Assembly: GCA_964538145.1 (NCBI GenBank)
Contig: CAZIEC010000005.1
Span: 3,692-36,372 of the forward strand
Origin: an uncultured archaeon
Lineage (GTDB): Archaea > Asgardarchaeota > Lokiarchaeia > Sigyniarchaeales > SOKP01
Direction: 5' to 3'
DNA: 32,681 nt
Below the pieces are notes generated by a model. It saw only the letters and a program-made list of their open reading frames with translations. It had not been told where the DNA came from and did not search any database. Both the position numbers and the translations under genes were made by a program. Shown piece by piece: positions 17,940 to 26,053 of the stretch (position 1 is its first letter; the number at the start of each line of letters is the position of its first letter).

Positions 17940-18047
17940 GTTAATCAAGAAAAATGTCTTGGCTGTGGCCGATGCGAATGAGTGTGCCCTAATAGCACAA
18001 CAACAATAATTATTGATGATCCTAAACAACTTGACGAATTCATTTAA
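17940..18047 (+). pseudogene. Remnant of a 4Fe-4S ferredoxin-type domain gene, interrupted by an in-frame TGA
   Basis: The frame reads VNQEKCLGCGRCE-TGA-VCPNSTTTIIIDD..., which is the CxxCxxCxxxCP cluster motif with a stop at a variable position. A stop also lies directly upstream (17937-17939), and there is no start codon. Confidence 0.45.
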
Positions 18048-18240
18048 GTATAGAAGTAAAAATAAAAGTTTCTTAAGAAGTCTTGGATAAATATTGAGAT
18101 TAAATTTTAAGAAGTTAATATGTAATATTATTATAACGAAGGACCAAAACTCGAGTCGAAAAACTCAAAATCTAAATTTTCAAATTTTATATATATTTCT
18201 ATTAAAATACTACCTCATAAAATATTGAGTTAAAGCACTT

Positions 18241-19230
18241 TTAATAATATTTTATTGATTTTAAAAATTCAATTCTTTTTGAGATAATTTTATCCATATC
18301 TTCTCCTATCCACATCATATGGCCTCCGTGCGTTACTAATAAATCAAAATCCTTGAGATTGGCTTGGAGGTATTCAGCATGTGACCATTTAACATCGTTA
18401 TCTTCTTTGCTATAGATTAATAACGATTTTACATTAATGTTCTTAACTGGTATTGCCTTGATTGAAAATAAGAGCTCTAGGTCGTGATTAAGACCTTGTT
18501 TTCTTATACTCATGGGTACTGTTGTATTTATAAGGTTTCTTAACCACATACGTCTTTCTTTATCTTTTGAAACTAAATTTACAAAGGCTTTAATCTTTTC
18601 CTTGTCAAGTAAAGTCTCTATGCGGAGTATACTCTTGAATGTTGTCTTGAAGGCTAGTTTTAAAGCCACTATAGAAACCCAGCTTAAGAAATCTTGTATT
18701 CTATTATTCAATAATAATTTCCCCCAAAATGATTCCATTACTTCTTCACTAGGATCCTCGTATATTGTACTCACGCCCGCTTCCATTACTAGAGCATAAG
18801 TTCTCTCGGGATATTTATTAGCAAAATAAAGTGCAAGTGGACCACCCGCAGAGTATCCCATGACAACCACCTTATCAATTGCTAACTTATCTAATAATTC
18901 CACATATTGATCAACTTGTTCCTCATAAGAGAGAGGAACAAAAGGAGTTCTTAGATATCCGGGTCTGGAAACAGCGAGTATAGAATATCCTTCTTGAACT
19001 AGATAATCAATTAAAATTGCTTGATCAATTCCTCCAGGCGCTCCGTGCATAAAAAATAATACTGGACCTTCTCCAGTCAGTTTGTAATGTAATTTTCCCA
19101 TCGTCGTTTCTATTACTTCTCCATCATCCATAACTCTAGTTGCGGATTTTTTCCACCTTTTAAAATTAATTACTAGGAAAATAATGAAAACTGAAATTAC
19201 GAGGATCACAAACAATATTATTAATTGCAT
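18241..19230 (-). CDS. Alpha/beta-fold hydrolase with N-terminal membrane anchor
   Basis: An N-terminal hydrophobic helix is followed by an oxyanion region (HGAPGG). The nucleophile elbow is GYSAGG. The C-terminal catalytic His region is THGGHMMW. Confidence 0.7.
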   Translation of the reverse strand: MQLIILFVILVISVFIIFLVINFKRWKKSATRVMDDGEVIETTMGKLHYKLTGEGPVLFFMHGAPGGIDQAILIDYLVQEGYSILAVSRPGYLRTPFVPLSYEEQVDQYVELLDKLAIDKVVVMGYSAGGPLALYFANKYPERTYALVMEAGVSTIYEDPSEEVMESFWGKLLLNNRIQDFLSWVSIVALKLAFKTTFKSILRIETLLDKEKIKAFVNLVSKDKERRMWLRNLINTTVPMSIRKQGLNHDLELLFSIKAIPVKNINVKSLLIYSKEDNDVKWSHAEYLQANLKDFDLLVTHGGHMMWIGEDMDKIISKRIEFLKSIKYY

Positions 19231-19420
19231 TGTAAGATATATTATTTTATATAGAATTATAATTTTATTTTTGTTCTTATACCAACTATGAATTTGGTAC
19301 CCATTAAAGCTGGCTAATGATTGATTTTATCATTAAGGAACTAATAAGCTAGATCAAGAACAACACATCTTAACACCAAAGACCTGTCTTTAGCTTCTTC
19401 ATCGATCTTTTATGAATATT

Positions 19421-19484
19421 CTATTTCGTGGAACATATGATACATTCTGATATAACCGAACTTTCATTGCACTATTTCGTGGAA
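19421..19484. repeat. Two copies of the 13-bp direct repeat CTATTTCGTGGAA (19421-19433 and 19472-19484)
   Basis: Exact match read from the sequence. The second copy ends 6 bp downstream of the kinase gene stop codon. Confidence 0.8.
19464..19475. repeat. 12-bp direct repeat TCATTGCACTAT, left copy (partner at 20076-20087)
   Basis: Exact 12-mer on both sides of the single gene 19490..20041. Confidence 0.8.
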
Positions 19485-19489
19485 ATCCT

Positions 19490-20041
19490 TCATATCCCCT
19501 GCTTAGAATTCATTAATTTTAGAATAAGTGTTCTTACTTTTTTTTTTAATTCTTCTTCTGAATTGTTGTTATAGATAACGTAATCAGATTTTTTTATAAC
19601 CTTTTTTAACCCCAGATTTATTTCTCTTTTATCACGTTGTTTGATCTGCTTGATAATTCTTGAATCATCTGATCGTGAACGATTAATTATTCTTTTATAT
19701 CGAATCTTTTTTTTTGTTTTTATAGCTATTAATGGAAATTTCCAATACTTTCTAAATACTTTTAATTCTGATATCGACCTTATTCCATCTATAAATACAA
19801 TTTCATTATTTAGTTTTTTAATTAGCTCCACGCATTTTTCTGCAATGAATTCTTCGCCATTTTTTATTCTAAGTTCAATAGCTAATTTTCCTAAATTTTC
19901 ATTAGTAGGTTCTAATCCACGTCTTCTTGCTTCTTGTCTAATAACATCGCCCATGGTTATAATTTCACCAAGATCTTTTATAGCCATTATTGCTGTAGTT
20001 TTACCAGAACCTGGAAGTCCGCAAAATCCGAAAACTTTCAT
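19490..20041 (-). CDS. UPF0200-family P-loop nucleotide kinase-like protein (archaeal adenylate/dephospho-CoA kinase-like)
   Basis: The Walker A motif is FCGLPGSGKTT. The pattern ITMGDVIRQEARRRGLEPTNENLGKLAIELR is typical of the archaeal UPF0200 family. Size is ~183 aa. Confidence 0.65.
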   Translation of the reverse strand: MKVFGFCGLPGSGKTTAIMAIKDLGEIITMGDVIRQEARRRGLEPTNENLGKLAIELRIKNGEEFIAEKCVELIKKLNNEIVFIDGIRSISELKVFRKYWKFPLIAIKTKKKIRYKRIINRSRSDDSRIIKQIKQRDKREINLGLKKVIKKSDYVIYNNNSEEELKKKVRTLILKLMNSKQGI

Positions 20042-20075
20042 GATTAATTGAAAATTTTATGAAAAATGATAAATA

Positions 20076-20087
20076 TCATTGCACTAT
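20076..20087. repeat. 12-bp direct repeat TCATTGCACTAT, right copy (partner at 19464-19475)
   Basis: Exact match read from the sequence, 35 bp upstream of the kinase start codon. Confidence 0.8.
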
Positions 20088-20151
20088 AAATTACATAAAA
20101 AGCATTTAAAATAAACTTATTTTCTTTAGCCTTCTTTTAGCTGAATACGTC

Positions 20152-21417
20152 ATGTCCAAGGAAGATAATAAAGAACTGAAATCTAATGGCGAAAAAGTAA
20201 AAGAAATTGATAACAAATTAAATTTCCAGCATTCTAAGAGAGAATTTCACTTTAATCTTGAAACTTTAGATGAAGAAAACCAATTTTTAGCTGAAAATTA
20301 TGAGAAATGTATTAAAACGCCTGCCCTTGTCCGCTTTAAAGCTTATAAACGAATTGTTGGCTATGCCACGCGATATGCTTCTAATGACATTCCTGAAAAA
20401 GAATGGCGAGAAGTGTATGGGATCCTAATCGGATCAATTGAAAATCAAGAGAAAATTATCATAAAAGATGCCATTCCCATGGTTGTTGGTGATAGAGCAG
20501 GTGTTAAGTATGAAAATAAACAATACGTTGATATGGCTCAAATAGACAACATAATTTATGAACGTGCCATACAAGACAAGAAAAATGATTTTATAATCGG
20601 ATGGTGGCACACTCATCCAGGATTTCCTTTTAAATTATCTGAAGTAGACATCCAAACTCAACTGGGATATCAATTACCAAACCCATATGCAATTGCATTG
20701 ATCTTCAATCATTGTGTATTAAAATCAAGGGATTTCTTTTTAGGTTTAGCTGGTTTAAGATTATCTAATCCAAAAAAGGGAATCTGGTCTCCTCAACATC
20801 AAGTTGAGTTATTATCTGAATTAAACGAGGAGGATATGGTTAAAAAAGTAGAAAATATTTCTGCTGAAATTAGAACAAAAATGAAGAGAGTTTTAAAGGA
20901 AATTGAATTTATAGATAAAATTTTATTAAAAAAGGGAATTAGGCAACTACAAAAGTACTATGGTTTAATTCCCTCATATCAAGTGCAGAAACTTGAATCT
21001 GAGCAACTTGAAGATACTTTTTTGGATGAAAATATATTATATGTTTGGAATCCCGAATTTGAAGAAAAAGATCTTATACTTCCTAAATTTAGAATAAAAA
21101 TCGAACGGGATATAGACAATTTCATAAATCAATTAAAAATGGTTAAAAAAAATGAAAGTACAGAGATCTTTTTTGAAAAAAGAAAAAAATTCAAGAAAAA
21201 GATAACAAGAATTTTATCAAAAGCAAGTCAATGGAGTAATAGATTAATGGAATCATATTCAAAAAGAGTGAAAGTGATTTACCCATATTATGATTATTTA
21301 GATACGAATGAACGTAAAGTGCTTGAAACATTTGAGGGCTTCTGTTTTGAATATAATAAGATTTTAGAAGATTTGTTCCAAAAAGCCGATTTTGTACTTG
21401 AAAATGAAAGGGATTAA
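20152..21417 (+). CDS. JAB1/MPN/Mov34 (JAMM, MPN+) metalloprotease, Rpn11/CSN5-like core with N- and C-terminal extensions
   Basis: The JAMM motif is complete: the upstream Glu lies in EVYGILIG, followed by GWWHTHPGFPFKLSEVDIQTQ (H-x-H-x7-S-x2-D). The core is flanked by a ~90-aa N-terminal region and a ~190-aa Lys-rich helical C-terminal region. Confidence 0.8.
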   Translation: MSKEDNKELKSNGEKVKEIDNKLNFQHSKREFHFNLETLDEENQFLAENYEKCIKTPALVRFKAYKRIVGYATRYASNDIPEKEWREVYGILIGSIENQEKIIIKDAIPMVVGDRAGVKYENKQYVDMAQIDNIIYERAIQDKKNDFIIGWWHTHPGFPFKLSEVDIQTQLGYQLPNPYAIALIFNHCVLKSRDFFLGLAGLRLSNPKKGIWSPQHQVELLSELNEEDMVKKVENISAEIRTKMKRVLKEIEFIDKILLKKGIRQLQKYYGLIPSYQVQKLESEQLEDTFLDENILYVWNPEFEEKDLILPKFRIKIERDIDNFINQLKMVKKNESTEIFFEKRKKFKKKITRILSKASQWSNRLMESYSKRVKVIYPYYDYLDTNERKVLETFEGFCFEYNKILEDLFQKADFVLENERD

Positions 21418-21585
21418 TAATTAATCATGAATATAAATTATTGGACTTAATGTTTATTTAAAAGAACAATATTTAAAAAAGAAGATAAAAATATTTAATT
21501 GAACAAACTTTTAAATTTCTTGATTTATTTATTTAACATAGTCTTCTTTTACTATTGAAAAATTAGTAAGGTATGCGGGTTTATC

Positions 21586-21903
21586 ATGCCAAATGAAACA
21601 ACACTTATAATCAAAAATAGAGCAGATAAAGAAAAGACAATAAAAGATGCTATTTTTGCTTTTTCAGGAGGAATAAAATCTTTATTGATCAAGGGAGAAG
21701 GAGAAGAAATATCAACAGCTGTTGAAGTAGCAGAGATACTGAAAAGTAGAATGTATCCAAGCGTTAAAATCGATGATGTAAAATTGGGAAGTCGTCCTTA
21801 TTTTCAAAATCGAAACTATGGACGAAATTCTCGCTATGATAAAAAAAATAAAAAGGATCTTATTTCTAAAATAGAGATTAAGCTTTCGAAATTGAATTAC
21901 TGA
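21586..21903 (+). CDS. Alba-superfamily nucleic-acid-binding protein with basic C-terminal tail
   Basis: KSLLIKGEGEEISTAVEVAEILKSRMYPSVKIDDVKLG parallels the Alba core (K-A-R-G-x-A-I-S-x-A-V-D-V-A-E-I). The C-terminus is Arg/Lys/Asn-rich. Confidence 0.65.
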   Translation: MPNETTLIIKNRADKEKTIKDAIFAFSGGIKSLLIKGEGEEISTAVEVAEILKSRMYPSVKIDDVKLGSRPYFQNRNYGRNSRYDKKNKKDLISKIEIKLSKLNY

Positions 21904-21911
21904 AAACTATC

Positions 21912-22109
21912 ATGTCGTTTGAAAAGTTAGGACCATTATTAGAGGAAAAAAGGACTACAGGAATATGTGCCGTTTGCAACAATTATATTTACAGGCGGGT
22001 TTATTATGATGAACTGTCCAAGAACAAGAGGAAAGTCATCTTTGTTTGTAAGAATTGCTTGAAAAATAATTCAAGCAAGATTAAAGCACAAACCTCAAAA
22101 GTAAAATAG
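21912..22109 (+). CDS. Small zinc-ribbon protein (CxxC...CxxC)
   Basis: CAVCNNYIY...FVCKNC gives two CxxC pairs. The tail is basic. The start lies 8 bp after the Alba-like gene. Confidence 0.45.
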   Translation: MSFEKLGPLLEEKRTTGICAVCNNYIYRRVYYDELSKNKRKVIFVCKNCLKNNSSKIKAQTSKVK

Positions 22110-22111
22110 TT

Positions 22112-22930
22112 TTACGTGATATTCTTCTTAGAATATCGTTTTTCAAGGTACTTATCCCAATTGAATGCTAATATGAAAAACATTATGGTTAATGTGATCA
22201 GTAGCATCAGAGCTTCAGTTATAACGCTCGAAATAACATTCATTGTCATTCCTGTAGTATTAAAACCTAAAGCAATCCCAATTGGGAGCATTACATAGAA
22301 ATAGGTAGTTATATTTTTACCCATCCAACCCCAAAACAGACATTTTGTAAAACTTATTCTTTTTTCTAACATTCCCAAAGCTATCCATAGAGGATCATCC
22401 GGAATTGGAAGTGCTGCAGCTAGGAAAATGTAGAGATAAGTACTTTTTGGGTGTTCTAAGATTAAACGTCCAAAACCCTTAACATTCTTAAAGACATCTT
22501 TGGATGTTTTTTTTACTACTTTCTTAGCCCCAACACCAATAAAGAAGCTTGTCAATTCTCCAATAATGCTTCCTAAACCTCCAACTATGGCATATATTGA
22601 GATTTCTAACCAAAAATTTGCATTCTCAAGAACTTGAAGTATTGAAAGCCCAAAATTGATATATTTCAAGTAAATTGATTGAGAAAATGAAAATAATACA
22701 AAAGGATAAGGAATTGGGAAACCAACACTAGCATTTCCAATCAAGCATACGACAAAAGTAAGGATTAAAGATATCAAATAATTAGACCCTTGAGTAAAAT
22801 CTATAATGTTATTTCTTGCCTCTATTATTGCTTGCTGAAATTCAGGAATCGTTAAAAATAAAAATATGTATATTATTACTCCTATATAGAAAAAAGTAAA
22901 AACGACTGTTAACCTTCTTGGGATTGCCAT
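22112..22930 (-). CDS. Polytopic membrane protein (possibly DedA/VTT-like)
   Basis: 272 aa with ~7 hydrophobic helices. The family guess rests only on the GFPIPYP and PIPDDPL loops. Confidence 0.45.
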   Translation of the reverse strand: MAIPRRLTVVFTFFYIGVIIYIFLFLTIPEFQQAIIEARNNIIDFTQGSNYLISLILTFVVCLIGNASVGFPIPYPFVLFSFSQSIYLKYINFGLSILQVLENANFWLEISIYAIVGGLGSIIGELTSFFIGVGAKKVVKKTSKDVFKNVKGFGRLILEHPKSTYLYIFLAAALPIPDDPLWIALGMLEKRISFTKCLFWGWMGKNITTYFYVMLPIGIALGFNTTGMTMNVISSVITEALMLLITLTIMFFILAFNWDKYLEKRYSKKNIT

Positions 22931-22952
22931 TATTCTTTTTCAACTATCATCC

Positions 22953-23342
22953 TTAAGTAATTTTCGATATTTTTGTATTTAAACCATTTCTGGCGTTAAA
23001 AAATATACTTAAATTTTTAGACACTTTTCCAACAACATTAACTCTATTTGCCAGTGTATCATCTTCCAATATAAAAATTAACTCATCACTCATTGGATTA
23101 TATACTATATCTCCTTTCTTTACATTTTTAGTTGATTTAGGATTAGTCCCTTTCCTAATTCCTAAACCCGGTAATGTCCAATATTTTTTTCCCCCAAAGC
23201 CAAATCTTCCTCTTAGAACTAATGGTAATTTCTCTATAATCGCATCAGCAGTTAAAGGTGCTAAATGACGAATTAATATCCCTTCTGAAGTTCCTATTCC
23301 AAATAAATCAATTTTGATTGGTACTTCTCCACTATCACTCAT
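22953..23342 (-). CDS. Cyclophilin-like fold protein (TM1367 / COG2164-like), function unknown
   Basis: The pattern LPLVLRGRFGFGGKKYWTLP ... KKGDIVYNPMSDELIFILED ... VNVVGKV resembles the small cyclophilin-like family, judged by eye. Confidence 0.45.
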   Translation of the reverse strand: MSDSGEVPIKIDLFGIGTSEGILIRHLAPLTADAIIEKLPLVLRGRFGFGGKKYWTLPGLGIRKGTNPKSTKNVKKGDIVYNPMSDELIFILEDDTLANRVNVVGKVSKNLSIFFNARNGLNTKISKIT

Positions 23343-23640
23343 ATTTTACTAATATTATCAACAATATTTATACTATTTTAAATAATCATCTCATTTTTCT
23401 AAAGAACTGATGCGATTAATTAAGAGATAATATTTTGAAATGCTAACATTTATATATTCGAATAATCATAATATTTATCGGACAATAGTAGCTAAATATG
23501 CATTGGTTTTGATTTCGAGGTAAACATTTTAACAATGTTAAATTAAAACAAAAAAGTATAATGTTTCATATCTACATTTTAAATTTTTCTAAAAATAATT
23601 GCCGTTTTACATTAACACAATTTCATTATAATTAAAAATA

Positions 23641-23800
23641 TAGCCTGGAATTCTGGCTAACGGCAAGTCTTAGCGTTTCAAAGCGCTTTACATGTAATCT
23701 ATGAAGTACATCCTTTATAACAAGAACAGGAATGTACAATAGATTTCACTTTATTAAATAATTTAGTGCGCTAAATAAATTAATCATGTAATCTTAGCCA
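23641..23800. other. Candidate structured RNA or regulatory element (several GC-containing inverted repeats in a gene-free region)
   Basis: Hairpin TAGCC(23641-45)/GGCTA(23655-59). Interrupted 15-bp hairpin AATCTAT-gaa-GTACATCC (23696-23713) with GGAATGTAC-a-ATAGATT (23729-23745). Longer-range complements TGGCTAA(23654-60)/TTAGCCA(23794-23800) and TTACATG/CATGTAA. I recognise no known RNA family. Confidence 0.2.
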
Positions 23801-24241
23801 CGATGTTTTATGATAATTTCTTTAATATCTTAGTAAAAAAATATAACATTTAATAAATTGGGTAATAAACGAGGATCGATTATTACTTCCTACAATTAGA
23901 CTCTAGCTTTTACAGGAACTAATTTGAGAATTAATCGATTCATTTTTTTACATTTAACTCCAAAACCTTTATTATAGAAATGCTCATAAAAAACATATCA
24001 TTATAGACCTTAAAAACTTTATAAAATGAATTCATTACACCAGAAATGCGTTGACCAACGTTCTCACGAGAACATTTATTCACAAAATACTCTGCTACAA
24101 AGTACATAGTTATACTCGATCCCGTGAGAAACACCCAAACATTTAATTGATTGATTTAAAGCGTCGCTTTTTTATGACGCAACAAGAGTAAAATTTTACA
24201 TAAATGCCATTTCACTAATGGTCCCAAACAAAGATATGGAT

Positions 24242-25099
24242 TCAAAAATCTTTCAAGCTACTATTGTCCTCCAATTCTCGTAAATCTTTTTTATTATCGA
24301 GGTCATAGTATTTTAGACTTGATTTTATTTTAAATGCGAGTAATTTCAGGAATTTCCTTTTATTTAAAACGTCAAGAGCTTCTATTATTGTATTTTCTTT
24401 AAGAAGTTTTGAAATTTTTGAAATTTCATGTATGAATCCATATTTTAAAATTAAAATAGGAATAACAACCTTTATTTTTCTTAAATTTTGGATTTTTTTC
24501 AAGGATTTTTTTTCAAATTTCGTGATTATTTCAAAATTTTCTATATTACTGGTTTCAATGACATTAAAGGATTTTATAGTTAAATCATTAGAGTCATCAT
24601 ATTTTTCTCTTTCAAAAGTTTCATGTTCTTGGTAAAATAAAATTGGATTGTCAAAAACATTTTCTTCTAATTCATTTATTCTTTCATGCAAGCTTTCTAA
24701 TAATTTTCTTTCAAAAATTGTATCTCCAGGAAATAGTAGCAAGATATCCTCTTCATCCAAATCATTTTTTATTTTTTGAATGGATAGAAATGAATAAACT
24801 GGACCTAGTTTATAATCTGGCGAAGCATCGATAAATTTTAGTTTAATACCTTTACTTTTAAATTTATTAATTAATTTGGATACCTGCTTTTCAAGTTTTT
24901 GTTTTAAGTAGCCTCCAATAATGAAATATGTTTCAAACCCAATTTGTATGAGCTCTTCAACTAAAATTTCGAGTATGGTCTTATTATTAAATTTTTTTAA
25001 AGTCAGAAGTGGTTTTGGTATATTTTTTACCAAATCTTCCATTCTAGTGCCTTTTCCAGCGCATAATATTACGACTGTATAATTTTTAAAGCTTTTCAT
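24242..25099 (-). CDS. Sugar-phosphate nucleotidyltransferase family protein
   Basis: N-terminal VVILCAGKGTRM is the G-x-G-T-R nucleotidyltransferase signature. The start overlaps the map stop codon by 4 bp. Confidence 0.65.
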   Translation of the reverse strand: MKSFKNYTVVILCAGKGTRMEDLVKNIPKPLLTLKKFNNKTILEILVEELIQIGFETYFIIGGYLKQKLEKQVSKLINKFKSKGIKLKFIDASPDYKLGPVYSFLSIQKIKNDLDEEDILLLFPGDTIFERKLLESLHERINELEENVFDNPILFYQEHETFEREKYDDSNDLTIKSFNVIETSNIENFEIITKFEKKSLKKIQNLRKIKVVIPILILKYGFIHEISKISKLLKENTIIEALDVLNKRKFLKLLAFKIKSSLKYYDLDNKKDLRELEDNSSLKDF

Positions 25100-26013
25100 T
25101 CTCGTGTGGTAACTATTGGATTACCATCTAAGTCAAGAATAATGGTATGTTCGGCTTGTGCAACGGGGGCTCCAGATTTTTCTATTAAAATGGGATAATG
25201 ATCAAGAACTTTTCGATTAATTAGAAATTCAATAATTCTTGAAATCTTATTTTTTGGAATGACGCCATTTCTTTCTAAGAGTCTTGGGGAAAAAGGTAAT
25301 CGCTTAGTTAATTTTTCTATTTTATTCATATAAGTTTGAAGTTCATAGGAAATATTCTTTTTTATCTTACGAATAAATCTAAAAATATAAGAATTTTTAC
25401 CATTAATCACGCGACCAACACCAGAAGTTACAAAAGGTTCGCAAGCATATGCATCTCCCGGTTTTAATTCATTATCATGACTTTTATCCTTATAATTTGG
25501 AATAAATGGTCCCGCATGAAGATTATATTGTTTAAGCTCGTGTCCTCCAAGATTAGTAATTGGTCGCAAGCCATGCGAAATTATTTTTTCAGCAATTACG
25601 TCTCCTAATTCAAACAACCTAATTCCAGGCCTAAAAATCTCAATTGCAGCATTAAGAGCTTCTTCAGCTGCAATAACATATTCCTGAAGCTTAACATCGT
25701 TATCAATATTTATTGTAATGGCAGAATCTGCTATAAACCCATCATAATGGGCGCCCAAGTCAATTTTCAATAATCCTTTTTTAGGAACTTCACTCTTATC
25801 ATCAATTGGAGGGCTATAATGGGCAGCTACTTCATTAAGTGATAGATTTGCAGGAAAAGCTAATTCACATTCGTTATTTAATATTGCATCTTCACATTTC
25901 TCTGCAATATCTAACAATAGCGCTCCAGGCTTCACAAGTCGTTTAGCTACTTTTTTAGCAGCTATGACTGCCTTTCCAGCTTTAATATAGGAATCAATCC
26001 AATTAACTGTCAT
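25096..26013 (-). CDS. map: Methionine aminopeptidase, type 2 (archaeal)
   Basis: Metal-ligand context is present: AHYSP, DLGAHYDGFIADSA, GGHEL, ACEPF, AQAEHTIIL. The helical insert typical of type 2 is present. Confidence 0.9.
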   Translation of the reverse strand: MTVNWIDSYIKAGKAVIAAKKVAKRLVKPGALLLDIAEKCEDAILNNECELAFPANLSLNEVAAHYSPPIDDKSEVPKKGLLKIDLGAHYDGFIADSAITINIDNDVKLQEYVIAAEEALNAAIEIFRPGIRLFELGDVIAEKIISHGLRPITNLGGHELKQYNLHAGPFIPNYKDKSHDNELKPGDAYACEPFVTSGVGRVINGKNSYIFRFIRKIKKNISYELQTYMNKIEKLTKRLPFSPRLLERNGVIPKNKISRIIEFLINRKVLDHYPILIEKSGAPVAQAEHTIILDLDGNPIVTTRE

Positions 26014-26053
26014 TTTTTAAGGAAAAAATTTATTTAAATTAAAATAAAAAAAG

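Noticed and set aside
17979-17981. In-frame TGA within the CxxCxxCxxxCP motif as a possible selenocysteine codon
   Set aside because: The TGA sits at a variable, non-Cys position of the motif. The reading frame has a stop immediately upstream and no start codon. I see no obvious stem-loop that could serve as a SECIS element downstream. A pseudogene is the simpler explanation.
19641-20051. 136-aa plus-strand ORF covering the kinase gene
   Set aside because: The minus-strand frame has a Walker A motif and the UPF0200 pattern. The plus-strand product has no features.
23641-23660. TAGCCTGG, which resembles an archaeal tRNA D-loop, suggesting a tRNA gene
   Set aside because: There is no acceptor stem (the upstream sequence is pure A/T), no T-arm GTTCRAAT-like box and no cloverleaf. 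It is not a tRNA.
23940-24134. 64-aa minus-strand ORF (GTG start) in the 900-bp gap
   Set aside because: It has no motif and a weak start. It overlaps inverted repeats that look more like RNA or regulatory structure. I kept it only as a remote possibility.
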